A DNA stretch of 64,000 nucleotides from Nitrospirota bacterium (lineage in GTDB: Bacteria; Nitrospirota; Thermodesulfovibrionia; Thermodesulfovibrionales; Dissulfurispiraceae): the NCBI GenBank assembly GCA_963710375.1, contig CAVPZX010000005.1, positions 320,001-384,000 of the forward strand, given 5' to 3'. Below are positions 1-10,659 of this stretch, piece after piece. Numbering within the stretch: the first letter of the stretch is position 1; every line of letters starts with the position of its first letter. The notes under the pieces are model-generated. The model was not told the DNA's origin and made no database searches. It worked only from the letters and a program-made list of their open reading frames with translations. The position numbers were made by a program, and so were the translations under genes.

Positions 1-182
1 ACAACGATGGCGCCAGGTCGGTGGAATCGCGTCTCATGCCTTCATTAAAAAAGTTTAAAGAACTCGGTGTTTCAAGTTCCAGAGACATAGCTCCCCCAGC
101 TGAAATAGACCAGACAGCAAAAACCATAGAGCACCTTGCCCTTGAGTTTCAGGAAGAAGCTTCTGAAGATGAGAAGTTGTGA
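1..182 (+). CDS. rmuC: 3' end of probable DNA recombination protein RmuC (partial)
   Basis: Frame 3 reads ...RSVESRLMPSLKKFKELGV...EDEKL*, resembling the RmuC C-terminal S-x-E-S-R...FKELG motif; stop TGA at 180-182. Confidence 0.55.
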   Translation, partial: NDGARSVESRLMPSLKKFKELGVSSSRDIAPPAEIDQTAKTIEHLALEFQEEASEDEKL

Positions 183-256
183 AGATGAGAAGTTGCGAAT
201 GTGGGTCTTGGGAAGTGCCTGCTCAACTTCACAACTTCACATCTTCTCATCTTCTC
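165..256. repeat. 8-bp periodic inverted-repeat hairpin (GAAGWTGN units)
   Basis: gaagatga gaagttgt gaagatga gaagttgc ... caacttca caacttca catcttct catcttct, between convergent genes. Confidence 0.9.
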
Positions 257-265
257 TACCATGTC

Positions 266-1276
266 TTATAAAGAGTTTGTGACCTTTATGATTTCCGCGA
301 GTTTTTTTGCGGCTTTTCCGCTGCGGATGGATTCTTCGGCAATTTCCTTTGCGGCAACAAAATCGTCTGTGTGACCCGACACAACTATTGCAGCTGCAGC
401 GTTCAGTATTACAATATCGCGCTTGGGACTGTCCACGTTATTGAGGATGGAGTGAATGATGACGGCATTTTCTTTTTTGTCGCCGCCGGCCAGATCGGTA
501 ATGTCAGCCAGTTTGAATCCGTAATCTTCCGGCATTATATAGAAATTCTCGACAGTCTTATCTCTATACCTCGACACCTTTGTAGCGCTGCAGGTAGTGA
601 TTTCATCCATGCCGTCTTCTCCGTGAACTACCATAGCATCCACGGCGCCCAAATTGCCGAGTACCGACGCCAAAAGCTCGGTCAGCCTGCTGCTGAATAC
701 CCCAACGACCTGACGCTTTGCATCCGCAGGATTCGTAATGGGACCTAATATATTAAATATGGTCCTTATGCTGATTTCTCGCCGAGGCCCTATTGCGAAT
801 TTCATGGCTGGGTGGAAAAGAGGCGCAAAGAGAAAGCCGAAATTTGTCTCGAAGAGACATTTTTCCACCCGGTCCGGGGTCAATTCAACCTTCACTCCCA
901 ACGCCTCAAGAAGGTCGGCACTACCTGATTGGCTCGAAACGGAGCGGTTGCCGTGTTTTGCAACGGGAATGCCCGATGACGCCACCACTATTGCCGCTGT
1001 GGTGGAGATATTGAAGGTGTTGGACAAGTCCCCGCCAGTGCCGCAGGTATCGATAATGCCTTCCGGAGCTAGTATTTTTGTCGCCTTTTCACGCATGATC
1101 CGTGCTGCGCCGGTAATCTCATCGATGGTTTCACCCTTGATCCTCAGGGCGGTGAGAAATGCGCCGATCTGGGCATCGGTGGCTCTGCCCTCCATTATTT
1201 CGGTCATGCATTCCGCCATCTCGGCCTCGGAGAGGCTGATATTCTGAATTACAAGGTTTATCGCTTCCTTTATCAC
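266..1276 (-). CDS. trpD: Anthranilate phosphoribosyltransferase
   Basis: DTCGTGGD, NISTT and KHGNRSVSS motifs; in trp cluster. Confidence 0.97.
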   Translation of the reverse strand: MIKEAINLVIQNISLSEAEMAECMTEIMEGRATDAQIGAFLTALRIKGETIDEITGAARIMREKATKILAPEGIIDTCGTGGDLSNTFNISTTAAIVVASSGIPVAKHGNRSVSSQSGSADLLEALGVKVELTPDRVEKCLFETNFGFLFAPLFHPAMKFAIGPRREISIRTIFNILGPITNPADAKRQVVGVFSSRLTELLASVLGNLGAVDAMVVHGEDGMDEITTCSATKVSRYRDKTVENFYIMPEDYGFKLADITDLAGGDKKENAVIIHSILNNVDSPKRDIVILNAAAAIVVSGHTDDFVAAKEIAEESIRSGKAAKKLAEIIKVTNSL

Positions 1277-1308
1277 TGTTTTATCCTCGCCTTATTGACA
1301 AAAACCTA

Positions 1309-1390
1309 ACCACAGAGACACAGAGTTACAAACTAATTTTTTGAAATACTCTATGCGAATTTTTTCTCAGTGCCTCCGTGTCTCTGTGGT
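1309..1390. repeat. ACCACAGAGACACAGAG inverted-repeat hairpin
   Basis: 1309-1325 pairs with ctccgtgtctctgtggt at 1374-1390 (1 mismatch); AT-rich loop. Confidence 0.85.
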
Positions 1391-1391
1391 A

Positions 1392-1976
1392 TTATGTTTT
1401 ACTTTCTTTTTTATTAAGTTGTATGAAATTCCTGAGCAGGTCCTTGCCTGCTGTGGTAAGTATCGACTCGGGATGGAACTGTACACCTTCGACAAGAAAT
1501 TCCTTGTGCCTGACCCCCATGATTATTTCGTCTTTTGTCCATGCGGAGATTTCCAGGCAGTCAGGAAGTGTTTCTCTCTTTATTACAAGGGAATGATAAC
1601 GGGTAGCTTCGAAGGGATTGGGAAGGCCTGAGAATAATGTTTTTCCGTCATGATGGATAATAGAGGTCTTCCCATGCATGAGCAGAGGCGCCCTTATGAT
1701 GTCGCCCCCGTAAGCAGCGCCTATCGACTGATGGCCGAGACAGACGCCGAGTATCGGGATTTTTCCGGCGAAGTGCCTGATGACCTCTATGGAGACTCCC
1801 GCCTCGTTGGGCGTACAGGGCCCGGGAGATATGACGATCCTCTCAGGTTGTTTTTTCTCGATCTCACCTATGGTTATCCGGTCATTTCTAAAGACCTCGA
1901 TTGTTTCACCCAACTCACCCAGGTATTGAACAAGGTTGTATGTGAATGAATCGTAATTGTCGATCATTAAAAGCAT
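1392..1976 (-). CDS. trpG: Anthranilate synthase component II (glutamine amidotransferase)
   Basis: [21 protein letters not shown] and QFHPES motifs; between trpE and trpD. Confidence 0.93.
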   Translation of the reverse strand: MLLMIDNYDSFTYNLVQYLGELGETIEVFRNDRITIGEIEKKQPERIVISPGPCTPNEAGVSIEVIRHFAGKIPILGVCLGHQSIGAAYGGDIIRAPLLMHGKTSIIHHDGKTLFSGLPNPFEATRYHSLVIKRETLPDCLEISAWTKDEIIMGVRHKEFLVEGVQFHPESILTTAGKDLLRNFIQLNKKESKT

Positions 1977-1992
1977 ATTTTAGCCTCGAAAA

Positions 1993-2075
1993 GCAAAGCG
2001 CAAAGTGCAAAGGGCATAGCGTAAAAGGCAGCGGCTTTCTTTTTTACCCTATGCTCTTTGCTCTATGCCCTATGC
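1993..2075. repeat. 7-bp periodic hairpin (GCAAAGN/GCATAGN units)
   Basis: gcaaagc gcaaagt gcaaagg gcatagc gtaaaa ... ttttac cctatgc tctttgc tctatgc cctatgc. Confidence 0.9.
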
Positions 2076-3579
2076 TTATTTTTCTCCTTCAAAAAAATCT
2101 ACAGTCTTCATCATCGCCATCGCCTTGTTGACTGTCTCGTAATATTCGTTCTCCGGAACAGAGTCGGCTACAAGGCCGGCTCCGGCCTGTACAAATATTG
2201 TATCATTTTTTATGATGAGCGTTCTTATGGTAATGCACATGTCCATGTTGCCCGAATAGCTTATATATCCGACTGAACCGGCATAGGGACCCCGCTTTGT
2301 GGGCTCCAGTTCTTCTATGATTTCCATGGCCCTGACCTTTGCAGCACCGCTGACGGTGCCGGCAGGAAAGCAGGCTTTAAAAACATCAAAGGCATCGAGT
2401 CCTTTTCTTAGAATGCCCTCAACGTTTGATACAAGGTGCATTACATGGCTGTAGCGTTCCACGTTCATTACTTCAGTCACTTTGACCGAGCCGATTTGTG
2501 CGACTCTGCCGACATCGTTCCTTCCCAGATCTACAAGCATTATATGCTCTGCTATTTCTTTGGGATCTTTTTTCAGGTCTTCCTCAAGCGCTCTGTCGGC
2601 ATCTTCGGTCTCTCCCCTTTTACGGGTCCCGGCAATGGGCCTAAGCGTTATTTTGTCGCCTTCCAGCCTGACCAGTATTTCAGGTGAAGAGCCGACAAGC
2701 TGAACATCGCCGGTGTCGAGGTAGTACATGTACGGCGAGGGGTTTATAACCCTGAGGGCACGGTATAGATTAATGGGGTGTATGGGGGCATGTGTCTCAA
2801 ACCGCTGCGAAAGGACCACCTGCAGTATATCGCCTGACAGTATGTATTCTTTGGCCTTTACTACAGCGTCCATAAAGCCTTCTTTTGTGAAATTGGAAGA
2901 GAAGTTATCAGAAAAGGCTAAAGGCGAATGGCTAAAGGCTAAAGGGGAAAGTGCCTGCCGCCTTTTGCCCTTTGCCCTTTGCCTTTAGCCCAAGTTTTTT
3001 TATGATTTTATCTATCCGTTTGCCGGCATCCTCGTAGGTCTTTTCGATATTCTTGTTATCTACGTGTACGTTCGATACGATCTTTATAGTTTGCCTGAGG
3101 TTATCAAATATAAGGATCGTATCAGTGAGCATCAGAAAAATATCGGGTATGTCCAGCGCCGGTTTAGGGGAATCAGGCACCCGCTCAAAGAACTTGACCA
3201 CATCATAACCTATATAGCCTACAAACCCGCCCGAGAACCGGGGAATCCCTGCTACTTCGACAGGGGTAAACCGCGATAATATATCTTTTATAACAGAAAG
3301 CGGATCAGCTGTTTCCAAGTGGGAGGTTTTTCTGCGCTCCCGGACCGTTACTTGTCGGCCCGAACAGCTAAAGGTCATGGCCGGATCTATGCCGAGGAAG
3401 GAGTAGCGGGCCCACTTCTCGCCGCCGGTAACGCTCTCCAAAAGAAAGGACGGCTTCTTGCCGAGCTTGAGAAATGCGCTTACCGGAGTCTCTACGTCGC
3501 CCAGTATTTCCTTGTAAACAGGAATAAGATTGCCCTGCTGTGCTAATGACTTGAATTCATTGAGGTCCGGGAATAACAT
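2076..3579 (-). pseudogene. trpE: Anthranilate synthase component I, split into two ORFs (3579-2932 and 2873-2076) by a +1 frameshift in the linker
   Basis: N-terminal ORF has LLESV..GE..RYSF; C-terminal ORF has [28 protein letters not shown] and RGPY.G. The frames overlap within a repeat hairpin. Confidence 0.9.
2912..2991. repeat. 7-bp periodic hairpin (AGGCWAA units) inside trpE
   Basis: aaaggct aaaggcg aatggct aaaggct aaaggg ... ccttttg ccctttg ccctttg cctttag cc. Confidence 0.9.
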
Positions 3580-3624
3580 TTTTTAGAATAGCATAATTTC
3601 CCATAACAAAGCATGCCAACAGCC

Positions 3625-3760
3625 AAAACGTGAAACGTGAAAGGTGAATAGTGAATAGTGAACGGCTCAAGGCAAAAAACAAACCAAAAAATCTTTAGCT
3701 TTTAACTATTCACCATTCACGTTTCACGTTTTTAACCATTCACCATTCACCTTTCACTAT
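3625..3760. repeat. 7-bp periodic hairpin (GTGAAWR units) with conserved loop, copy 1
   Basis: gtgaaac gtgaaag gtgaata gtgaata gtgaac..., right arm of ttcac units in two blocks; loop shared with 35443-35544. Confidence 0.92.
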
Positions 3761-3819
3761 TTCCTGTTTTCCTTACTACAAACAACGATGGTATGTGATA
3801 AAATAGAGCACAGGAATGT

Positions 3820-4326
3820 ATGACTCTTGATCCGATAAAGTGGTATGTGATTTATACTAAGCCTAAGCAGGAGGACAAGGTTGAAGAAAGCCTTGCCCGT
3901 GCCTCGGTAGAAGTGTTTAATCCGAAACTGCGAAGGAAAAGGCTCATCCGTAGTAAGTTTGAGCACGTCAGACGGCCTTTGTTCCCTAACTACATATTTG
4001 CAAAATTCGATCCGTCACTGCAGTACCATATGATTAAATATACTCGCGGTGTAAGCGGCATTGTAGGGAATCCGGGATCGCCGTGGCCTGTCAGCGAAGA
4101 TATAATCGACATTATTAAATCGCGAATGAATGAAGAAGGGCTTATTGTTATTAACCCTGATATCAAAGTCGGCGACAAGGTTGAGATAACCGAGGGACCG
4201 TTCAGAGGGCTCATAGGCATATTTGAGCGTGAGATGAAAGACAGTGAGCGCATTATTGTGTTACTTAATACAATTGAGTACCAGGCAAGTATCGATATTC
4301 AAAAAGAACTCCTCAGGAAAAAGTGA
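3820..4326 (+). CDS. NusG-family antiterminator paralog (RfaH/UpxY/LoaP-like)
   Basis: WYVIYTKPKQE, PLFPNYIF and KOW motif GDKVEITEGPF.G..G; first gene of polysaccharide operon. Confidence 0.9.
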   Translation: MTLDPIKWYVIYTKPKQEDKVEESLARASVEVFNPKLRRKRLIRSKFEHVRRPLFPNYIFAKFDPSLQYHMIKYTRGVSGIVGNPGSPWPVSEDIIDIIKSRMNEEGLIVINPDIKVGDKVEITEGPFRGLIGIFEREMKDSERIIVLLNTIEYQASIDIQKELLRKK

Positions 4327-4387
4327 CACTTGGATAGGGAACCGGCAGCTGTGGTAATATGTAAGGCTATGGAGTGGTTAACTTAAT

Positions 4388-5359
4388 ATGGAAAAAATTC
4401 TGGTAACAGGGACTGCCGGGTTTATCGGCTGGAGGACTTCTCAAAAATTGCTTGAAGAGGGCAGGCAGGTAATAGGCATCGATAATATGAACGACTATTA
4501 CGACGTAAAGCTGAAAACCGACAGGCTTGAAAGGCTGAAAAAGAACAAAGGCTTTACCTTTTACCAGCTTGACATTGAAAACCTGGCTGCAATGGATCCT
4601 ATTTTCAGGGAAAACACAGTAGGTGCAGTTATCAATCTTGCCGCCCGTGCCGGCGTGAGGTACAGCATAGAGAATCCTCACGTGTATATGAGCACCAACG
4701 CCCAGGGAGTTTTAAACCTCCTCGAACTGATGCGCAAATATGACGTAAGGAAATTGGTGCATGCCTCAACATCTTCCTTGTATGCCGGGCAAAAGATGCC
4801 CTTTACCGAAGACCTGCCGGTGAACACCCCTATTTCACCCTATGCTGCAACCAAAAAAGCAGCAGAAGCAATGGCGTATTCCTATCATTATCTGTTCGGT
4901 CTTGATATATCCGTGCTGCGGTATTTTACTGTTTACGGCCCTTCCGGTAGACCGGATATGAGCATATTCAGGTTTATTAAATGGATAGATGAAGGAAAGC
5001 CCCTGGAGCTTTTCGGCGACGGCTCCCAGAGCAGGGATTTTACTTATATTGATGATATAGCGGCCGGCACTATCAAAGCGCTCAAAAAGGTCGGGTATGA
5101 AATCATAAACCTGGGCGGCGGAAAAAGTCCGCATACATTGAACTATGTTATTGCCAGGCTTGAAGAGTTGTTAGGAAAAAAGGCTTCCATAGAGTACAGG
5201 CCCTTTCTGAAAACAGACATGACCGAAACGGGCGCTGATATCACAAAGGCTTTAAGACTTCTCGATTGGAAACCGGAAACCGACCTCGATGAAGGGCTGA
5301 AAAAGACTGTTGACTGGTATCTGGACAATCGAAGCTGGCTCAAAGACGTAAAACTGTGA
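4388..5359 (+). CDS. NAD-dependent nucleotide-sugar epimerase (UDP-glucuronate 4-epimerase-like)
   Basis: TG.AGFIG, LAARAGVRYS, YAATK and FTVYGP.GRPDM. Confidence 0.88.
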   Translation: MEKILVTGTAGFIGWRTSQKLLEEGRQVIGIDNMNDYYDVKLKTDRLERLKKNKGFTFYQLDIENLAAMDPIFRENTVGAVINLAARAGVRYSIENPHVYMSTNAQGVLNLLELMRKYDVRKLVHASTSSLYAGQKMPFTEDLPVNTPISPYAATKKAAEAMAYSYHYLFGLDISVLRYFTVYGPSGRPDMSIFRFIKWIDEGKPLELFGDGSQSRDFTYIDDIAAGTIKALKKVGYEIINLGGGKSPHTLNYVIARLEELLGKKASIEYRPFLKTDMTETGADITKALRLLDWKPETDLDEGLKKTVDWYLDNRSWLKDVKL

Positions 5360-6786
5360 TACCATCTGCGATCTTCAGGGAGTATGATATAAGGGGTGTG
5401 GCAGGTAAAGACCTTGCCGGAGATACCGCGGTCCTTATCGGAAAGGCGTTCAGCTCACTTGTAAAATCTTTTATTCCCAAAGCAAAACAGGTGAGCGTAG
5501 GAAGAGATGTAAGGCTGAGTTCTGAAGAGCTTGCTGCCGGGCTTATCAAAGGAATCGTGTCTTCCGGCATCGATGTATATGACATCGGGGTCTGCCCTAC
5601 ACCGGTCCAGTATTTCTCACTCCATCATCTGGATCTGGATGGCGGTATAATGGTTACCGGCAGCCATAATCCGCCGGAATATAACGGCTTCAAGATCAGT
5701 ATAGGGAAAGATGCCATTTATGGCGGAAACATTCAAAAGCTGGAAGAGATAATTAAAAGGCAGGATTGGACAATTTCGGAAGAAGACGGCAGAGTTAAGC
5801 ACTGTAATATAATTGACCCATATAAAGAATATATGCTGAAACAGTTTTCATATCTTAATAATGCACGGTTCAGGAGGGTCAGGGTAGTCATAGATGCCGG
5901 AAACGGCACTGCAGGCGCTATTGTGCCCGAAATCCTGGCCGGAATGGGCTGTGAGGTTGTACCGCTTTATTGTGAACCTGACGGAAGGTTCCCCAACCAT
6001 CACCCTGATCCTACGGTGGTTGAATACATGCAGGACTTGATTATGGAAACGAGGAGGTCAGGAGCGGATATCGGCGTTGGTTATGATGGTGATGCCGACA
6101 GGATTGGAGTAGTTGACAGAGAAGGGACTATTATATGGGGAGATCAGATATTGATCATCCTGAGCAAGGAAGTGTTGAAGGAAAACCCGGGGGCCAAGGT
6201 TATCGGCGATGTAAAGTGCTCGCAGGCGATGTTTGATGAGGTGAAGAAACACGGCGGCATTCCCATTATGTGGAAGACCGGGCACTCTTTAATAAAACAA
6301 AAGATGAAGGAAGAGGGGGCCCTTATCGCAGGAGAATTCAGCGGACATATTTTTATTGCTCATAACTATTTCGGCTACGATGACGCACTCTACACCACCT
6401 TCAGGATTATAGAGATCATGAAGAAAACAGGAAAGGACATAAAAGGGCTTGTTTCTGATGTAGCCAGGATGTCATACACTCCTGAAATCAGGCGCGAATG
6501 CCCGGAAGACATGAAAAAAGAGGTTGTGGGCAATGTGGTGTCCCGCCTCCTTGCCTATTCAAAAGACGGTAATGCTCCTTATAGGATTATAGACGTCAAT
6601 ACGCTTGACGGGATCAGGATTTTATTTGAAAAAGGGTGGGGATTGATACGGACCAGCAACACGCAGCCTGTAATCGTCATGAGAGCCGAGGCAGATGATG
6701 AGGAACATTTAAACCAGTACACAAGTTTTTTGGAAAATGTATTAGAGCAGGCAAAGGTAGAGGTAGAGGTAAAGGTAAAAGGCTAG
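5356..6786 (+). CDS. Phosphomannomutase/phosphoglucomutase (AlgC-like)
   Basis: FREYDIRG, TGSHNP, DGDADR and GEFSGH. Confidence 0.95.
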   Translation: MIPSAIFREYDIRGVAGKDLAGDTAVLIGKAFSSLVKSFIPKAKQVSVGRDVRLSSEELAAGLIKGIVSSGIDVYDIGVCPTPVQYFSLHHLDLDGGIMVTGSHNPPEYNGFKISIGKDAIYGGNIQKLEEIIKRQDWTISEEDGRVKHCNIIDPYKEYMLKQFSYLNNARFRRVRVVIDAGNGTAGAIVPEILAGMGCEVVPLYCEPDGRFPNHHPDPTVVEYMQDLIMETRRSGADIGVGYDGDADRIGVVDREGTIIWGDQILIILSKEVLKENPGAKVIGDVKCSQAMFDEVKKHGGIPIMWKTGHSLIKQKMKEEGALIAGEFSGHIFIAHNYFGYDDALYTTFRIIEIMKKTGKDIKGLVSDVARMSYTPEIRRECPEDMKKEVVGNVVSRLLAYSKDGNAPYRIIDVNTLDGIRILFEKGWGLIRTSNTQPVIVMRAEADDEEHLNQYTSFLENVLEQAKVEVEVKVKG

Positions 6787-6844
6787 CAATGTATAAAATA
6801 ATAATTATGTTATCAACCTTGATCTTAACCTTAGCCTTAACCTG
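6749..6844. repeat. 6-bp periodic hairpin (AGGTAR left arm, AACCTT right arm)
   Basis: aggtag aggtag aggtaa aggtaa encodes the KVEVEVKVKG tail; right arm aaccttgatcttaaccttagccttaacct. Confidence 0.8.
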
Positions 6845-6859
6845 CAGTTGGAGTGTTTT

Positions 6860-8251
6860 ATGAAAGCGCTTATTTTAGCAGGAGGAGGCGGGACCAGGCT
6901 TTGGCCTTTGTCCAGGAGGAACTACCCCAAGCAGTTTCTAAAGATAAACAGTGATAAATCGCTCCTTCAACAGACCGCTGAAAGACTTCTTAAAGTGATG
7001 ACCCTGGATGACCTTGTTGTTGTGACGAACGCCAAATATAAGTTTTATGTGAAATCCGACCTCCCTGACATAAAACATTTGATATTTGAGCCTGCGGGCA
7101 GAAATACGGCTCCTGCCACGGCTCTCAGCATTAAATACTTCCTGGAAAAGCTCGGATGCCACGAGGATGAAGTCATATTAATGTGCCCTTCGGACCATGT
7201 GATACGGCCCGATGAAAAATTTGCAGAATACATTGAACTCGCCGAAACAATAGCCAGAAAAGGCTATATAGTAACATTCGGCGTAAAGCCTGACAGGCCT
7301 GAACCGGGTTACGGCTATATAAAAGCAGGCAAAGGCCAAAGCGCAAAGAGCAAAGGCAAACACATAACTTTCTTTGAAGTGGAGAAATTTGTAGAGAAAC
7401 CTGACATGGAAACAGCCCGGAGATATGTGAATGACGGCTCCTATTATTGGAATTCGGGGATGTTTGCCTTCAGCATCAAAACGATGCTCGATGAAATGGG
7501 CAGGCACTCGCCTGAAATGAAAGGACTGCATACTCAGGGATTCGATGATATGCTGTCCGGCTTTGAGCGTATGCCCGACATCTCTATAGATTATGCGGTC
7601 ATGGAGAAATCAGACAGGGTGGTTATTGTGCCCCTTGACCTATATTGGAATGACATAGGCTCCTGGGATTCGCTTTACGACGTGCTTGATAAAGATGAAG
7701 AGAGGAACGTAACGCAGGGCGATGTCCTTGTAATAGATACAAAGGGAACTCTTGTTTTGGGGAATAAGCGTCAGATTACCACCATAGGGCTTAATGATTG
7801 TCTTATTGTTGAAACAGATGACGCAATACTAGTGGCGAAAAAAGGATCGGCGGAGAAAGTAAAAGAGGCGGTAAGCAGGCTGCATAAGGCGTCGAGGAGC
7901 GAAGTGGAAGACCACGTTACAACCTACAGGCCATGGGGCAGCTATACTGTCCTTGAGGATGGCCTGCGGTACAAGATAAAAAGGATAGTAGTGAATCCGA
8001 ATGAAAAATTAAGCCTACAGTTGCACTACCACCGGTCTGAGCATTGGGTTGTGGTTAAAGGCACTGCCAAAGTATTGGTCGGAGACAAGGAGATGCATAT
8101 CCATGAAAATGAATCGGCATATGTCCCGAAATCGACCATGCACAGGCTTGAAAATCCCGGCAAAGTCCCTCTCGAAATTATAGAGGTCCAGAACGGTGAA
8201 TATGTGGGAGAAGATGATATTATAAGGATGGAAGACAAGTACGACAGATAA
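6860..8251 (+). CDS. manC: Mannose-1-phosphate guanylyltransferase/mannose-6-phosphate isomerase
   Basis: LAGG.GTRLWPLSR, EP.GRNTAPA, FVEKP, and C-terminal cupin RPWG...HYHRSEHW; ATG at 6860. Confidence 0.95.
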   Translation: MKALILAGGGGTRLWPLSRRNYPKQFLKINSDKSLLQQTAERLLKVMTLDDLVVVTNAKYKFYVKSDLPDIKHLIFEPAGRNTAPATALSIKYFLEKLGCHEDEVILMCPSDHVIRPDEKFAEYIELAETIARKGYIVTFGVKPDRPEPGYGYIKAGKGQSAKSKGKHITFFEVEKFVEKPDMETARRYVNDGSYYWNSGMFAFSIKTMLDEMGRHSPEMKGLHTQGFDDMLSGFERMPDISIDYAVMEKSDRVVIVPLDLYWNDIGSWDSLYDVLDKDEERNVTQGDVLVIDTKGTLVLGNKRQITTIGLNDCLIVETDDAILVAKKGSAEKVKEAVSRLHKASRSEVEDHVTTYRPWGSYTVLEDGLRYKIKRIVVNPNEKLSLQLHYHRSEHWVVVKGTAKVLVGDKEMHIHENESAYVPKSTMHRLENPGKVPLEIIEVQNGEYVGEDDIIRMEDKYDR

Positions 8252-8255
8252 AGGA

Positions 8256-8339
8256 CAAAAACCGAAGGTGCGAAGATGTGAAGATGCGAAGATGAGCAAA
8301 ATCCCTCCCAACTTCTCAACTTCTCAACTTCGGTTTTTG
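8256..8339. repeat. 8-bp periodic hairpin (GAAGWTGN units)
   Basis: Outer stem caaaaaccgaag/cttcggtttttg plus gaagatg and caacttct units. Confidence 0.9.
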
Positions 8340-8349
8340 CGGAGGGTGA

Positions 8350-9678
8350 ATGAAAATATCTATTATCGGCACCGGTTATGTGGGTTTAGTCACTGGCGCC
8401 TGTATGGCACAAATGGGGAATAACGTAATCTGTGTTGACGTGAATGAGGAAAAAATAGAGAACCTGAAAAAAGGCGCTATCCCCATATATGAACGGGGAC
8501 TGGCATCAATGGTGCTGGAGAACTTCAGGCTGGGCACGCTGCATTTTACGACTTACTTAAAAGAGGCGTTGGACAACAGCGAGATATGCTGCATTGCTGT
8601 CGGCACCCCTATGGGAGGGGACGGCAATGCCGATATGCAGTATGTGTTGCAGGTGGCGCGGGATATAGGGAAAAACATGTCTCATTATATGATTGTGGTG
8701 GACAAGTCCACCGTGCCCGTTGGCACTGCAGATAAGGTCAGAGAGATTATTCAGGAAGAATTGCGGGGTAGGGGATCACAAATTACATTTGATGTGGTCT
8801 CCAATCCGGAATTTCTGAAGGAAGGCTCGGCGATTGAGGATTTCATGCGGCCTGACAGGGTCGTGGTAGGCGCGGACAATCTACACGCCCTTGAGAAGAT
8901 AAAAGAACTTTACGGGCCGTTTACCAAGAACCACGAGCGGCTGATTGCGATGGACATCAGAAGCGCCGAGATGACCAAATATGCGGCCAATGCCATGCTG
9001 GCGACAAAGATATCATTTATGAACGAGATCGCCAATATCTGCGAAAAAGTAGGCGCCGATGTCAATAAAGTGAGGATCGGCATAGGCAGTGACAGCAGGA
9101 TCGGCTACAGCTTCATTTATCCCGGGTGCGGTTTTGGAGGAAGTTGTTTTCCCAAGGACGTAAGGGCACTGGAAAAACTGGCACTCGAAAACGGCCATGC
9201 TCCGGAAATACTCAAGGCAGTGCAGACGGTAAATGAAAGGCAGAAAAAGGTGCTGGCGGAAAAGGTGATAAAGAAGTTCGGCAAAGACTTAAGCTCTTGC
9301 ACCTTTGCTGTATGGGGTCTTTCTTTTAAACCCGAAACCGATGATACGAGAGATGCATCAAGCATAACAATTATAAACGAACTCACTAGACAGGGGGCCG
9401 GAATAAAAGCCTATGACCCAAAGGCAATCGAAGTGGCAAGCAAATTTTATCTCAAAGGTAATAAGAATATTGAATATGTGAGCTCAAAATATGATGCGCT
9501 CTCCGGTGCGGATGCCTTGCTGCTCATAACGGAATGGAAAGAGTTCAGAAGCCCTGATTTCGATGAAATGGCAAAACGCCTCAAGAACAAGATTATTTTT
9601 GACGGCAGAAACCAATACAACAAAGAGAAAATGCATGAACTGGGATTTGAATACCACCAGATAGGAGTGGCAAGTTAG
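8350..9678 (+). CDS. ugd: UDP-glucose 6-dehydrogenase
   Basis: [22 protein letters not shown] and [10 protein letters not shown]. Confidence 0.95.
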   Translation: MKISIIGTGYVGLVTGACMAQMGNNVICVDVNEEKIENLKKGAIPIYERGLASMVLENFRLGTLHFTTYLKEALDNSEICCIAVGTPMGGDGNADMQYVLQVARDIGKNMSHYMIVVDKSTVPVGTADKVREIIQEELRGRGSQITFDVVSNPEFLKEGSAIEDFMRPDRVVVGADNLHALEKIKELYGPFTKNHERLIAMDIRSAEMTKYAANAMLATKISFMNEIANICEKVGADVNKVRIGIGSDSRIGYSFIYPGCGFGGSCFPKDVRALEKLALENGHAPEILKAVQTVNERQKKVLAEKVIKKFGKDLSSCTFAVWGLSFKPETDDTRDASSITIINELTRQGAGIKAYDPKAIEVASKFYLKGNKNIEYVSSKYDALSGADALLLITEWKEFRSPDFDEMAKRLKNKIIFDGRNQYNKEKMHELGFEYHQIGVAS

Positions 9679-9697
9679 TGAAAGGAGATACTATCTG

Positions 9698-10645
9698 ATG
9701 AGCAAACGAATATTGGTTACCGGAGGCGCAGGGTTCCTCGGGTCACATCTTTGCGAGAAACTTGTGAACGAAGGAAACGAAGTCCTTTGCGCAGACAACT
9801 TTTATACAGGGCGCAGGGCGAATATCAGGCACCTTTTAAATAATCCCTATTTTGAAGTCATGCGGCATGACGTCTGTTTCCCTCTGTATGTAGAAGTCGA
9901 TGAAATATACAATCTTGCCTGTCCTGCCTCTCCGGTACACTACCAGTTCGATCCGGTACAGACAACTAAGACATCGGTCCATGGTGCGATAAACATGCTG
10001 GGATTGGCAAAGAGGGTCAAGGCAAAAATACTCCAGGCATCGACGAGTGAGGTCTATGGAGATCCGAACATTCACCCTCAGTGCGAGACGTACTGGGGTA
10101 ACGTCAATCCAGTAGGGATTCGTTCATGTTACGATGAAGGGAAGCGCTGCGCCGAAACACTCTTTTTTGATTATTACCGCCAACATAAGCTCAGAATAAA
10201 AGTGGCGCGGATCTTCAATACATACGGTCCCAGGATGTACCCGGACGACGGCCGGGTGGTGAGCAATTTTATCATCCAGGCGTTGAAAGGAGAGGATATC
10301 ACAGTATATGGCGACGGGAGCCAGACCAGAAGTTTTTGTTATGTTGACGACCTGATTGATGGGCTTGTCAAACTAATGGACAGCCCTGATGATCTCACGG
10401 GGCCGGTGAATCTTGGGAACCCGGTAGAATTCACTATTCTTGAACTGGCGGAGAAGGTGATCGCAATGACAGGCTCCAGGTCAAAGGTGGTTTATAAACC
10501 TTTGCCCCAGGATGATCCGATGCAAAGACAGCCTGACATAACATTGGCAAAAAAGGAACTGGGCTGGCATCCGGTGATACAGTTCGAAGAAGGTCTGAGA
10601 AGGACAATCAATTACTTTGAGACAATATTGAAATCCAATTATTAG
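9698..10645 (+). CDS. UDP-glucuronate decarboxylase (UDP-xylose synthase)
   Basis: [25 protein letters not shown] and RSCYDEGKR. Confidence 0.93.
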   Translation: MSKRILVTGGAGFLGSHLCEKLVNEGNEVLCADNFYTGRRANIRHLLNNPYFEVMRHDVCFPLYVEVDEIYNLACPASPVHYQFDPVQTTKTSVHGAINMLGLAKRVKAKILQASTSEVYGDPNIHPQCETYWGNVNPVGIRSCYDEGKRCAETLFFDYYRQHKLRIKVARIFNTYGPRMYPDDGRVVSNFIIQALKGEDITVYGDGSQTRSFCYVDDLIDGLVKLMDSPDDLTGPVNLGNPVEFTILELAEKVIAMTGSRSKVVYKPLPQDDPMQRQPDITLAKKELGWHPVIQFEEGLRRTINYFETILKSNY

Positions 10646-10659
10646 CCCACTTTATGGAA

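Noticed and set aside
3580..3760. trp attenuator or T-box leader
   Set aside because: No Trp-rich leader peptide; TGG triplets are parts of repeat units followed by stops.
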